Assembly (NCBI RefSeq): GCF_006345805.1
Contig: NC_043009.1
Coordinates: forward strand, 52,018,001 to 52,082,000
Direction of reading: 5' to 3'
Source of the DNA: Octopus sinensis
Lineage: Eukaryota
DNA: 64,000 bases
Shown: piece by piece, positions 24,206-38,372 of the stretch
Layout of the letters: each line of letters starts with the position of its first letter
Position numbering within the stretch: the stretch's first letter is position 1
Translations under genes and position numbers: made by a program
The notes under the pieces: model-generated
The model's input: the letters and a program-made list of their open reading frames with translations, nothing else
Databases searched by the model: none
Told to the model about the DNA's origin: nothing

Positions 24206-25016
24206 GCAGATAGATAGACAGACAGAAAGATAGATAGAAACATAGAGAATGGGAGGGAAAAGGAAAGAGAGAGAGAGAGAGATCACAGGGATTCGAGTAG
24301 AGGTCGATGGGGATTGTCGAGATGGATGAAGAGGAGCTGTAGGATGAGGAAGGATATTATGGAGGTGGATGATGAAGGAGGTAGACGAGGAGGCAGTGAG
24401 CAGGTGGAGTAATGTCCACTTGATACGTCTCAAATAGATTGTCTCCACTGTGCTAACAGCAATTCGACCCCCTTCCCATATTTTGTCCTTTGAGATGAAT
24501 GTAATTGTGTATATATATATGTATGTATGTATGTATGTGCGTCTGTTCCGTTTGTGTGTGTGTGACTGAGAGGAAGGGAGAGAAGTCTGTGCGTGTGAGT
24601 ATGTGCATCTCTGTACTGTTATGTTCGTGTTACTACTGTGGTTTATTAATGTGTTTAATGGTATCTGTTATGTATGAGTGAAAGCGTGTTTGTCTGCGTG
24701 TGCGTATGTCCGTGTGTGCTTGCTTGTCTCTGTGTGTGTGTGTGTGGCTATGTGTGTGTCTTTGTGTGTGAGTGAGTGTATCTGTGTGTGCGCGTGTGTT
24801 CCAATTTAAAAGATAAAAGTTATATAAAGTAAGTTTGAAGATGGCTGATTTTACGCAAATGTATAAAAGTAAGCACACTACGTATTCACACTTACGCCAC
24901 ACGGACCTACATCATGTGCACACACAAACATACTCGTTCAGACATATATAAAGATATTTACTCATATAGACCCAGAAAGAAACAAGGCATTTATAAAAAA
25001 GAAATATATAAGTATG

Positions 25017-25136
<120 letters not shown>

Positions 25137-25999
25137 CACACACACGAATACTTACATATATAAACATATACATATACGTAGACATGTATGTGTATTGTGT
25201 GTGTTTGCAAACACATGATATACGTGTATGTATGTTTCACTATATAGCTATATATGTAAATACAAATATGTATGTACATATGTATGCATATATCTATATA
25301 TACATGTGTCAACGTGTGTGAATATGTGTGCGTATATTCTTGTGTATATTGGACCCACACTCGATCGCCATACTAGGATATTACAAATGTTTCTTCCCTC
25401 GGGTAAAACCCAAAGTTACAAACCTGTCTCAATCCAAAATTCCTGAAGGAATTCTTCTAAATGACAGCTTGGATTTTAGAAACAAATGACTATTTTCTTT
25501 CATAAAGGAATTGTAATGCTGTGATCAAAATCTTGAACCCAACTGCCATCAGATTACGGGTCAATGTACCTTTTCTGGTCTTTTGTCTTTCGATTTCCAC
25601 AACAGTAAGATTTTGACAAACAGCTAAGTGTATTTGTTAGATGTAAGTTAGATGTATATCAGATAAGGGCACCAGCAAACAATCAGCCATACACACCTAC
25701 ACAATACACCATCCATACACTCACACACTCATACTCACATAACGCACTGGTGTGTTTACACATTTTTGTCTACAGCAGGAATCTTTCTCGTAACAACTGG
25801 TATCATGTTTATATTTAAATACGTTACTGCTTAGCGCTTCTAATACGTACAGGAAGAAAAAAACAAAGCAGCCATTTTCAACTATAAAAGGTACATATAT
25901 ATTATTTGTTTACGAAATCAGAAGAGGTAATTGACAGGATTACTCCATGTAGTCAATTGCGTTGCAAATAATGGCAGTCCATTGACTCAAAGACGTATA

Positions 26000-26438
26000 C
26001 GGCCCAGGCCTGGGTGTGCGGAAAGAAGCCTGATTCCCAAACACATGGCTCAGGGTTCAGTCCCGCTGCGTGGCATCTTTGGCAAGTGTCTTCTACTATA
26101 GCCTCGGGCCGACCAGGGCCTTGTGAATAGATTTGGTAGACGGAAACAGAAAGAATCACGTCGTGTGTGTATATATATATATATATATGCATGTATATAT
26201 CCATATACATATATATATATACATATATATGTGTGTGCTTGTGTTTGTGTTTGACCACCACCATTGCTTAACAAACGATGTTGGTGTGTTTACGTCCCCG
26301 TAATTTAGAGGTTCGGTAAAAGTGACCGGTAATATATGTAACAGACTTACAAAAAATAAGCCCAGTGATCGATTTGTTCGACTAAGAGGAAGTGCTCCAG
26401 CATGGCCACAGTCAAAATGAGTGAAACAGGTGAAAAAC
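26000..26438 (+). mobile_element. SINE family A, diverged full length
   Basis: Head, CORE-like domain, internal (TA)n and tail gtgctccagcatggccacagtcaaaatg are all present. Confidence 0.88.
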
Positions 26439-26557
26439 ACAATATGTATGTATGTATGTAGTATGTATGTATGTAGTATGTATGTATGTATGAATGTGTA
26501 TCTATGTATGCATGTATATGTGTGCGCATGTGTGTAGTTGTGTCTGTGTGTGTGTAC

Positions 26558-26588
<31 letters not shown>

Positions 26589-27114
26589 TGTGTAGACGGA
26601 GATTCTTATTAGAGAACTTTTGACTCCGATGTCTTTAGCCATAACTACATTACCAGTAAACGTAGGTGATTGCAAAAATTACGAACGCAAAGACGATTGA
26701 CTGCAATTTTCAAAACAGTTTCTTTCTTTTCTCTTATCGAGACCTCAAGTTGTTTCGGCTTCATCGAAAATCGGCGTGTTGAGCGCTATCCTGCCCTATG
26801 TCATCTAGAGCGAGAAACCTGAAACGAGCGAATGAAGACAGGGATAGCGTGAATTAGATATGTGTATTGTCTGGTTTCCCTGTATTCTAAAATAATATTG
26901 TATATGATGGTATATAATAGATAGTGTGCAAGCAGAGATGATATCATCAAAAGTATGTAAGTCAGATGAAAATGGCTATTGTGTTTGAAATGGAAATAGT
27001 AAAAGTTTGTTTCGTGATATTGAAGACAACAACTCAATAAAACGGCCGCAAAAACGAACAAAACGAATATAAGTATTACTAATGAAGATAATAATAAATT
27101 CTACAAAAGGAGTA

Positions 27115-27288
27115 CGACCTGAGATTTTTACTCCGCCCTCAGTGCTCAGTTGGTACGTATTTTGTCGAACTGAGAATGATGAAAGACATAGTCGCCCTCG
27201 GCGGTATTTCATCACGGAAGGTAAAGCGGACGAAATGCCTTTGTGCATTTGTTTGGCGTGCTAACGACTATACCAGCTGGCCGTTTTA
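27115..27288 (-). mobile_element. SINE family B, diverged
   Basis: agttggtacgtattttgtcgaactgagaatgatgaaagacatagtcgccctcggcgg matches the family B reverse complement. Confidence 0.75.
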
Positions 27289-27296
27289 ATAATAGC

Positions 27297-27364
<68 letters not shown>

Positions 27365-27368
<4 letters not shown>

Positions 27369-27891
27369 GCCTTGATGTAGCACCAGGCAGTGGTTCTCGT
27401 GGCTTCTGATCTCAACTGATTGGAAGTGTTATCATGTACATTGTTGTGTCTTGGTATAAAAGATGGGCTACAGCAAATATTCTGCTCAATACCACAGATT
27501 TGCTTATCAGTTGCTTGACTTTAACCAGTTGAGCATGTCCCTTAGTGGCTGACGATATGTGCATCTCTGATCACGAGCATCATAGCCATGTGTTGAGAGG
27601 GATTCTTTGGGGTTTGAATAATTCACCTCTGAAAACGTGGGTAGTTCGTTCAACATCCTTAAACAACCTTTTGAGCGGGATGGGCTACTCGACCAGAAGA
27701 AAATTCTAACTGGGCCCCACTTGCAAGGTCATGTGCTGTTTATCTTGACATGAGATCACCATGTCGCGCACATATGGTTGTGATGCATGTGCCTAGTGTA
27801 CGCTTATCAGACGGGTAGTTATGATGGTTTTACTGGGCTTCGTATATTTTACCCCAGTGTCACTTTGATGGCATTCACTGCTCTCTCACTC

Positions 27892-27892
<1 letters not shown>
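27365..27892 (+). mobile_element. About 530-bp non-coding insertion between two (AAT)n arrays (putative non-autonomous TAA-targeting retroposon)
   Basis: Complex, GC-richer sequence bounded exactly by (AAT)n at about 27289-27364 and 27893-27955; no long ORF; orientation inferred from the 3' (AAT)n. Confidence 0.6.
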
Positions 27893-27937
<45 letters not shown>

Positions 27938-29028
27938 TAACAGTAATAATAATAATTTTATAAAAAAAGGATAGATATTTATGAATAGTTTTGTGTATAT
28001 ACCAATCTTTTACCGCAATAGTGGGAGGAAAAGAAATTAATCCAATAAAATTAATTAATCTAATAAAATTAATCTAACAAAATTCATCTAATTTTTGTAT
28101 CTATAAATTCATACTTAGCTTATATAAAGCTATACTGGTATCTTCACTACTTATAAAAGACTGCTTAGGTTGCAATTTTATTAATATATAATTAGCATGT
28201 ATTTTTACCTCAATACTACTTTATTAATACCAATATATACCAATTAATCAATATTCACAGGCACCAACTGATGAGTTAGTATTTACGTGTACGCTATGTA
28301 TAAATATTAAATTATTTCTGGATAATTTATTTTTCTCCCTCTATTGTAGTAAAAGTTTGGTATACACTCAACAGTATTCATAAATATCTGTAGTTTTTGT
28401 TATAATATTATTTTTAATAATCGTCTGAATAACCCTAAACGTTAACTGTATATTGTTTAAAATATTTAACTATAGTTAAAATATTTAACTATAGTACTAA
28501 ATGATAAAGTTTCCCTGTTTCATTATCAATAGTCTGCTAGTGGGCGACTCCATTAATTATCATCTAACATCTTGTTTTAAGTTTTCCTTTACCAAACTTC
28601 ATGATATTGCCTCTAAGAAATCTTGATTTTTATGATTATATCAACTAAGATTTATGTCTGCTCCCTCAGCCCTAACCCTAACAGATAATGCCCTTAGATA
28701 TACAAGGATTTGATAAACTAGTCTATGAATTAAAACTGACCCCATTAAAAACAAAACAATCAGTGACAGACAGAGTGAGTAAAAATGTATATCAGTCTGT
28801 TCTTTGTCTATATCCTTAACTTCTTGGAGATTTTTGGTATAATTATACTAATGTGTCCATCTGTTCTAAATTAATTAAATTCTATATCTGTACAGCTGAG
28901 GATTGCTCTGCATTTTAAATTGTTGTAATGATTGCATTGGTCATTTAAATGGAGTTGCATGAAACGATCGTGCTGCATTACCTCTGCATATCCTTGTTGC
29001 TTATTTTGATTATCTATCTATCTATCTA

Positions 29029-29075
<47 letters not shown>

Positions 29076-29076
29076 A

Positions 29077-29131
<55 letters not shown>

Positions 29132-30044
29132 ATTATATATATATATATATATGATAATATATATATACATATATTTATGAATGAGTAGGGCAAGAATGGG
29201 TTGATATTTCTAATGGTGTGAGGAAATGTATAGTTCCCTATTTAGTCTCCTATTCTTCTTTCTCTCTTTCTTCCTTACCTTCCTCTTCCCCTTCTTCTTC
29301 GTCTTCTTCTTCTCTTCTTCTTCTTCTTCTTCTTCTTCTTCTTCTTCTTCTTCTTCTTTTCTTCTTCTCTTTCTTCGTCTACTACTAGTACTACTACAGT
29401 TTGTATCAAGAGGAATATTGAAAGTATTGTCGATTTTTTTCTTAATTGGCTGTATCAATAACCATGCGTTATTGTTGTTGTTGTTGATGATGATGATGAT
29501 GATGATGTTTTCAGATTATTTAGATGACTTTTTTTTGCAAAGAAGAGTTGACAACCTTCTCCAAATGAACCAACCAACCAGCTAACCAATCAACCCGCAA
29601 ATCACCTACTAAAAAAAAACAAAAAACATAATAACATGCACACATACCGTGTTAGAAATAAGAAGAACATTTAACAGCTATCTCCACATAACTTTTCTTA
29701 ACGTAGAAAGCTGCTATTAATCATTTAATAAACATCTTTCTCAGGAAACGAAAGATTTTAGATGTTTCAATGGATATGTTTAAACGGTAAAAGAAAATAA
29801 AACATAATATATAAACAAACAATTCGTGGAAATTAATAAATATATTGAAAATACCAACAACAAAATCGGGCCAAATATGCAGCAAAAAAAAAACGAGTAA
29901 ATGTCATAAACAATTGATAGAAATTGTGCTGAATAAGAAACTAGAATTTAATTTTGATTTATGGGAGGGGAAAAAAGCGATCTATTGGTAATTGCCAAAT
30001 AGTGATTGACGAAATGATAATTGAGAAAACAGCTAGGCATGGGT

Positions 30045-30102
<58 letters not shown>

Positions 30103-30177
30103 TATATATATATACACATACACATACATATACATATATATATATATAATATATATAATATATAGATGTATGTCTAA

Positions 30178-30267
<90 letters not shown>

Positions 30268-32035
30268 GGTGTGTTTATGTGTAGGCAAAGAGACATAGAG
30301 AGAGAGAGCGGCACAAGAGAGGGAGTTAGTAATAGGGAGAGATACACAGTAGAAAGAAATAGAGGAAAAGAGAAATGACGAAAGAAAAGATGTACTTGTA
30401 TGTTTGTATGTGTGTATGGGAGGTATAGGAAGAAAGAGATATAGTATAAAACCACTGACAATGCATGAAAACGTTGATGAAAAGGGAGAAAGACAGAGAG
30501 AGAGAGAGAGAAAATGGAACTGAGTGATTGAGAAAAGCAAACTGAAAGAGAACATTTTTTTTATGTATCTTTGATCCGTGTCTTTATATTTCTGTGGATT
30601 CACTTCAACATATTAAATTCTCATCTCCGTAACACCCAAGTCTAATATGCGTGACTCCTGGAGAGCGCGCGCGCTTGAATGTATGTATTGTAGTATCGCT
30701 GTAGGGTAATGTATATGCATATGGGCAATACTTACTTCGCTGTCTCCTCAGATGTACGGAATCTTACTCCGTTCGTATGAATATTTGAACCTACTACATC
30801 GAACATTCGTGGAAGCGAATCAACCTGTTATAAAATACGCACAACCGCAACAATTGTGGAGTACTTATCTCTGTATTTCTACTCCTCTTTCGTTTTATAT
30901 ATACATATATATATATGCATATGTTATACATGCACGTATGTGTGTGTTATACATATATATATATGGTATAGATATGTATGTATTTGACTTGGCCTTTACC
31001 CTCAAAACGGCAGGCATTGTGCAAAATCTGAAGTAATTCTTATCATCATAGAAACAGGCCCTAACACGGCGAACATCCACCAAAGATAATCGTTTCCACT
31101 CACAATATAAGTTCCCACACAAATTCCATGCATACATAAATCCCCAAAAGAATTTAACCAAAACATAAACGAAAATCACATTAAGGAAAACAAATGCGTA
31201 TGAAACCATTTTTCCCTCAGCTCACACGAAACGCTTCACATATTGTACCACTACTCAAATTCAATTCTTACAAGAACACCAACCTGAAAACGTACACACA
31301 TTTCCTATAATCTTTCCAGAAAACCTTTGTTGCCTTGCAGCATCACCCAATATAGTGTTTTGGTATGAAGAGACATAATTCCTAGCCCAACCATTGCGTG
31401 AATTGGTTAATCATCTTTTTTACAGCATCGAAACACCGGATGTGTTTGTTGACATCCCAAAATAGAGCGCGGTCTCCATATTTCATTCATATCTGCCATC
31501 TCTGAAGAGCGCAGTGTTACATGATCGGACTGTAACCTAACACCTCGTTGAACCCCTAGTGCGAAATCCAACCTTAAGATCAGCCGTAATGGGTGTATAC
31601 TACTGTACACTTCGATTAATATGTATGTATATATAAATATATATAATACATGCATACATATGTACATACCTTGATGTTGATGAAATTCCAATGTATATAG
31701 GCAATAACCTAGGCAAGAAATATTGAAATATGTCTGAATAATAACATTCATACTTACATACATACATATATTGTTATGGTATATTCTGTAAAGAACATAG
31801 GGGAGTACAGTATTGAGCTCATCCTCCTTCAGATTTAGCCTGTGCCATCCAGCAGTAGTATTATATATACTTCCAGGTTTGCGTTTCGGCATATGTCTTG
31901 TTTGAATAGGTAATTAAAGAAAGTGGGAAACATTTACATAATGAAGCACTTGCACACCTGGAGAACTACGTTGCATGGAAACAAATGTAGTGCTTAAAAA
32001 TGAAATGTCCAAACGTTGACTCTAATTTCTTAAAT

Positions 32036-32093
<58 letters not shown>

Positions 32094-32094
32094 T

Positions 32095-32310
32095 AAAGTT
32101 AATCCAAACAAGAAAGCACAAAAAAAACACTACAACGCAAGGACGTGGAACACATATAGCATTATTGGACGCTCAGGAATGAAGGAAAGAAGAGGGTTTA
32201 ACGTTTCGAGCGGAGCTCTTCGTCGGAAACATAGGAGAAGGAAAGATCCAGAGAAGGGAAGACAGAGGAAAAAAAATCACCAACGGTACACACGAGGTCA
32301 CATTTTGAAA
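32095..32310 (-). mobile_element. Penelope-like pseudo-LTR remnant beside (TA)n, with a degenerate minimal HHR at 32196-32230
   Basis: Minus strand guuu CCGACGA a gagc ucc gcuc GAAA CG U U aaac (U4>C); homologous to the 13500 copy. Confidence 0.7.
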
Positions 32311-32326
32311 AAAAAAAAAATATATA

Positions 32327-32418
32327 TGGAGGCGCTTGTCTTAGTGGTTAGGATGTCAGCATCATGATCGTAAGATTGTGGTTTCGTTGTGTTCTTCAGC
32401 AAAACACTTCATTTCACG
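32327..32418 (+). mobile_element. SINE family C head fragment
   Basis: ggaggcgcttgtcttagtggttagg...gatcgtaagattgtggtttcg...gtgttcttcagcaaaacacttcatttcacg. Confidence 0.7.
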
Positions 32419-32428
32419 TACACACACA

Positions 32429-32484
<56 letters not shown>

Positions 32485-33054
32485 GGATGTGTATGTGTGT
32501 GTGTTCTCCAACGCTCACTAGTGAACGATTGAGGAAATTGGGTCGCTCCCTCACATCCCTATCCATATTATAATTCCCTAGTATATGGGGGAAACGAAAA
32601 ATGAACGTCCTAATCATAGACATCACAAACGTGGTGAAATCGTGCCTCGATGTTGTTTTCGATATGTGTTGTGCACTGATAGTCTCTTCCAAACTGAAAT
32701 CAGATGGAATTTCTTATGGAAGTGCAATTCCTATAAATCACTAGAAATGAAACAAGTTTTGTACACCGAAGCTGGTGCGGGGCGAAAGGCCTTGGGTATG
32801 GTAAGGAAGTACTGAATTGCAGCTACCCTGATGTATGTATAACAGTGAGGGTACAAATTTATGTGCAAGCTGCGCAGAAAATAACCCGGTTAAGATGTAT
32901 TTATATGAATATTAGAATCATTAAGTAACAGAACTTTGACAAGTATCTCATTTCCCATTGGCATTACAGATAAAGGTATGTAAATAATTGTAAAAAGAGG
33001 ATACAATTATATACACGGCATACACAGACGTCTCTCTCTTTCTATCTCTCTCTC

Positions 33055-33094
<40 letters not shown>

Positions 33095-33148
33095 TGAGAA
33101 AGTTGGTTTGTGAAAGCACGTGGTTGAATATATAGAATATATAGAATA

Positions 33149-33324
33149 TATAGAAAATAGTAAAAAGTGAAAAAACTACAGAAGGTCATTTCTTCTAAAC
33201 TATGTCATTATAAGAAAGGAAAAAAAAATTATAACATTCTTCAGACATATTGACTCAAATATATATTTTTTAACCTTTTAAAACAAGCCTTCTGTAGTTT
33301 TTTCACTTTTTACTATTTTCTATA
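33149..33324. repeat. Small inverted-repeat element (37-bp arms) within a TA-rich context
   Basis: tatagaaaatagtaaaaagtgaaaaaactacagaagg / ccttctgtagtttttcactttttactattttctata. Confidence 0.8.
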
Positions 33325-33704
33325 AATATATATATATACACATATTTGCGTATGTATTGGGAGACGGGGATCCCTGTGTATGCATATATTTTCCAACTAC
33401 CTGTCTTGTTTTTCACAATGTGTTGTTCTTATTCCCTCACAGTTCATCTCTTGTGTATGTTTTCGTTACCGTCCTTTACGGGCTTTGCTAATGTTCGTAC
33501 ACTTGTCCCAGAAGGATTGGCTGTAGGTATTACTAGAACGAATAATACTATCGATAAACACGAGAAATCATGAAGAATTTTGGGTGATAATTGATGGTGC
33601 CTCATGTGAAAGGTTTCAGAGTATTCCTTTATTTGATCTTCTGTACATTGTTTCTTTTTTTACTATTACTGTATATATAAATATTTAAATATATTTCAAT
33701 TTCT

Positions 33705-33910
33705 AACAACATGTGAATTGTTGACTAAGTTTTTCCCTACTTCTTCATTTTCTATTCGACTTTCCTCTCTCTCTCCTCTTTCTGAAGAAGAGCATTGCTC
33801 GAAAGGAAAAACCACCTTTCTTTCCTTCCCTGATCGTCTGCTAATATTTTACATGTACCACGTACTCATGTCGTTGTTTTTTTTGTGTTTGTTCTTGTTT
33901 TTTTTTTCTT
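33705..33910 (+). mobile_element. Third, more decayed copy of the 13500/32095 Penelope-like family, with an HHR remnant at 33782-33804
   Basis: CUGAAGA a gagc auu gcuc GAAA, followed by ctttctttccttccctgatcgtc, homologous to the other copies. Confidence 0.62.
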
Positions 33911-34262
33911 GAGGGTGGGATTTACTATATGTGTGTGTGTGTGTGTGGATCATATTGCTTTACAATTTTTACAAATCTTCATATTTATTTCAGATACACT
34001 TTCATATAAGTACGGTAAGCCGAGTTCACAGCACTTTTTATTCTTTGTATGAATGAAGGGTCCCTGTTGGCAATGAAAATGAATGAATTGTCATCATCGT
34101 CAACATTGTTTCATTTTTGTTTTCGTGGTTCTTGTCGTTCTTCTTTTTCGTCTTTTCGTTTTCTTCTTTTCGTCTTCCTCCACGTCCTCCACGCCCCCCT
34201 TCATTTTCTCATTATCATTATTCTTATTACTTCTACTACTACTCACATTTCAATTGTTGACA

Positions 34263-34306
<44 letters not shown>

Positions 34307-34800
34307 GTATGTGTGTGTACATATATAAATGTATATATAATGCGTTAGAAGCAGAGTCTAACATAGTTATTGTTACTCATTTCTTCATTATAAACAAATA
34401 TTTTGAAAGTTTATATGAAGTGGGAATGGTGTGGGAATGCGATATGAGTGGCTGATAGAGTATTTTCCGAAACCTTAGAACTAATCGAAAATTCTTCAGC
34501 AATTAAATTGGCTGGAACATATCGTTAGACCTTGTAGCGTTTAGTTCTATGTTCATGGAATTCTTTGTGGTGATGTTCATGATGATAGTGGTGACGGTGG
34601 TGGAAGGTGTCGGTGGATCTTGGTGCGAGTTTCTATGCGCCATTCATAGCATTTATAAACAAATATGAGGTGCGTTAATATATGTATATATATATTTGCT
34701 ATGTATATATATATCTCTCTCTCTATATATATATATATACTATGTATATAACTATATATATATACATATATATGTATATATATTTATATATGTATATATG

Positions 34801-34844
<44 letters not shown>

Positions 34845-34933
34845 CACACTCACTCCAGATATATAACGTGATTCTATATATTTAATATACGCATAGCTAA
34901 CTGCGCGCGCTAGGGGTTTGAGTATGTACAATC

Positions 34934-34972
<39 letters not shown>

Positions 34973-35107
34973 TAATATATGTATGTATGCATGTATGTAT
35001 GCATGTATGCCGCGTTGTTCTGTGTGTGTGTTTACATTTATCTATATCTATATCATATATATATTATATATATGACAATATATATATATATATTTATGAA
35101 TATATAC

Positions 35108-35141
<34 letters not shown>

Positions 35142-35164
35142 ATATATATATATATATTATATAT

Positions 35165-35201
<37 letters not shown>

Positions 35202-35288
35202 GCATATCTACACCTATCCGTCTCTCTCTGTATCTATTTAGCTATCTAGATATTAATCAATCTATCTATATACGTATATGTTTGTATG

Positions 35289-35319
<31 letters not shown>

Positions 35320-36451
35320 TATGTGTGTATAAACGTATGTATGTACGTATGTATGTACATATCTATTTATTTATATATCTATGTATTTACACAATTAGAG
35401 TGAAGTAGTCTCACAATGAATTCAATATGTCCAAACGAAAATGTCACAAGATTTATTTAATAATATCTTCTTGCTTCTAGTCAATCCAAAATGTTGCGTT
35501 GTTTCCCTTTTTGCGTTGTTGACATTTAAAAACCGATGTTGGCGTAGTTGTTGCTGTTTTTCTGGCTGATCTTTTTGTTATTTATCTTCTATATTTTTCT
35601 CATTTTTTTTTTCTTACTTATGATTCTTCTGATTCTTCTTCTTCTCCAGCTTCATCCTTTTACTTTTCGACATCGTCAGAACCATCATCATCATAGTAGT
35701 GATCTTCGTCATCGTCATCGTCTACGTCTTCGTATACCTCCTCCACCTTCTCCTCCTTCTCATCCTCCTCCTTCTCCTCCTCCTCCTCCTCCTCATCATC
35801 ATGACCATGTTGTAGTCGCCGTGGTCATTATTATCATTATCATCATCATCGTCGTCGTCGTTATCATAATCGTCTTCGTCGGCGCCATGTTCCACACTTT
35901 TTTCTTCTACTCGTTATAATTATAATAACAATCATCATCATCATCGTCATCAACATCATCATCAATTATTATTGTTGTTGTTATGATTATAATCATCATC
36001 ATCATCGTCGTCGTCTTCGTCGTTCTTCTCGTCGTCGTCATTGTTGATGTTATTGTTTGTAGTGGTTGAAGCAGCAGTATTTGTAGTAGCAACAGCAACA
36101 GAAGCTGCGGTGTTATTTGCAATCATCTTCCTTTACACCCACCATCTTTTTCCTTGTTGTTCCTTTTGAGGCTATTTTCCGGTTGCATTGTCTGCTTAAA
36201 AAAATTATATTTCCCTTTGTCATTTCATAAAAATGATTACATAATTTGTTTACGTTACAATGAGTAGGGTTTTTTTTTTAAATATAAAAAGAAAAACGGA
36301 ATTTTATTGTCAAAGTAAGAAATAACAAAAACAAAAACAAGCCTACATCATTCAGCTTATCACTGAGATGCTGAGTTACCAAGTGATGAAGTAGCTAGAT
36401 CTAAAGGGAACAGCCAATTATGTACTTGCGTTTACGTTTCTAGATACGTGC

Positions 36452-36485
<34 letters not shown>

Positions 36486-36486
36486 T

Positions 36487-36693
36487 TGTGTTTTAGAGAA
36501 AAACCTCTATTAAACAATTCAATAACGAAAGAGGTTATTCATACCATATAGAAAACGTATACTATAAAAGCGTTATTAGAAAAATAAATGAAGTACAAGA
36601 AAAAAAATAGTAAATAGTAGTAAAAAGACTACGTGCGTTTCGTGGCTATATATTTCCAATAGATAATACTAATAAAATGAATTCGATGTGTGT

Positions 36694-36736
<43 letters not shown>

Positions 36737-37200
36737 AGAGGAAAACCTCTATTAAACGATTCAATAACGAAAGAGGTTATTCATACCATATAGAAAACGT
36801 ATACTATAAAAGCCTTATTAGAAAAATCAATGAAGTACAAGAAAAAAAATAGTAAATAGTAGTAAAAAGACTACGAGCGTTTCGTGGCTATATATTTCAA
36901 ATAGATAATAATAATAATAAAATGAATTCGATTTAAAATTAAATCGATCTAGAATTAATTCTTTTTAAAAATATAGTTACTCATCAGTTCTAAAATAATA
37001 ATAATAAAAGAATAATAATAGCATAAATGTACTTATCTTATAGCCACGAAACACGCATAGTCTTTCTACTACTATTTACTAATAATTGTTTTTTTACTTT
37101 ATTGATTTTTATAATAAGGTTTTGTATAGTATATGTTTTCTATATGGTGAGAATAACATATATCGTTATTGAATTGTTTAATAGAGATTTTTCTCTTAAT
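36487..37200. mobile_element. Tandem duplicate (36487-36687, 36729-36931) plus an inverted copy (about 37039-37200) of an AT-rich unit, with a degenerate HHR on the minus strand (36868-36991)
   Basis: Two near-identical direct copies separated by (GT)n; 37039-37200 is the diverged reverse complement of 36729-36895. Confidence 0.8.
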
Positions 37201-37515
37201 CATAGGGCACATTATCGATGGTATATACATAGTGAATATTAGTGAATATTGTATTTATAAGCCAAACCTGGAGCAGTATACGTATAGGGAAATCTCCAAA
37301 CAAGACGCCATGTGATCAACAGCACCAAATGTCACAGACAGAGCGAGATAACTCGCTTCGTGTATTGAAATTGGTAGATATTTGATATTTCGCCGTTATA
37401 GTCGATTATAAATACGATGTACTCGGATGCACTAGAAACTAAGTGAATCGCCAGCATGTAGCTTATATGCAAATAGAGTGATATATATTCATATGTGTGT
37501 GAATATATATATATA

Positions 37516-37820
37516 TGCTGAGACCCCTCTTCGGTCCTGACTGACTATGGGATTGCACCTAGAAAGTTACTCTTCCAAGCAAAAGCCCAGGCAATGATGT
37601 TTATGGAAGACCAGCATACCAGCCTCCCGTCTCCACACCACCAGTTTTAACCAACTTGGCACATGTGACGTCGCAGCTAATTTCTACAGCTGAGTGAACT
37701 GGAGCAACGTGAAATAAAGTGTCTTGCTCAAGAACGCCACACGCAGCCCGGTCTGGGATTCGAACTCACAACCTCACGATCGTAAGTTCCACGCTCTAAC
37801 CACTGAGCCATGCGCCTTCC
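37516..37820 (-). mobile_element. SINE family C, near full length (tRNA-Arg-like head; probably one of the octopus OR-type SINEs)
   Basis: Minus strand gaaggcgcatggctcagtggttagagcgtggaacttACGatcgtgaggttgtgagttcgaatccc (A and B boxes, ACG anticodon position), then cttgagcaagacactttatttcacg. Confidence 0.88.
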
Positions 37821-38104
37821 CTATATATATATTAACAATGCAAATGATATATTAACAATGCAAATGAATTTAATTTCCTAATTTTTTGTTTTGAGACTTG
37901 GAAATAGCAGCGAAATGTTCCCGCGCATCACACTCTATACTCCAAAAGAAATTTAGACAGATAATAAAACACTACAATACAATTTATCTATCATCTCCTG
38001 CTACAGATGCATAAGTCTTCGCACAAATACGTAATACCTTTTCAAAAACTGACAGCTGACACTTTTGAAATAAGATAATAACGCCTGTAATATTGTTTTT
38101 GAAT

Positions 38105-38372
38105 TTTGGCACATGGCCAACACTTTCGGAGGAGGGGTTTAATTTAATTTCATCGACCCCCAAGTACACAGCTGGTACTTATTTTATCGACTCCGAAAGG
38201 ATGAATGTCAATGTCAATTCTCTCAGCTCACTGCCTCATGTCACAGATGTCAAGAATGAAAGGCAATGTCGACATCAGAGGTATTTTAACTCAGAACGTA
38301 AAGACGGATGAAATGCAGCTAATTCTTTTTTTTTTTCCGGCGAGCTAACGATTCTGTCAGTTCACCGCCTGA
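38105..38372 (-). mobile_element. SINE family B, diverged with internal duplication/insertion
   Basis: gctggtacttattttatcgactccgaaaggatgaa and gaaaggcaatgtcgac...ttaactcagaacg. Confidence 0.75.

Noticed and set aside
25390-25490. VTNLSQSKIPEGILLNDSLDF, resembling a Penelope ORF N-terminal motif
   Set aside because: Motif spacing is off and no further Penelope ORF motifs follow.
31498-31580. Possible hammerhead atct-CTGAAGA-gcgc...gtgc-GAAA...TA-agat
   Set aside because: Stem III has no pairing beyond A-U and no palindrome, the insert is long and there is no repeat context; plausible by chance.
37740-37820. tRNA-Arg-like sequence
   Set aside because: It is the head of a SINE: it continues into SINE body sequence and has no clear acceptor stem.
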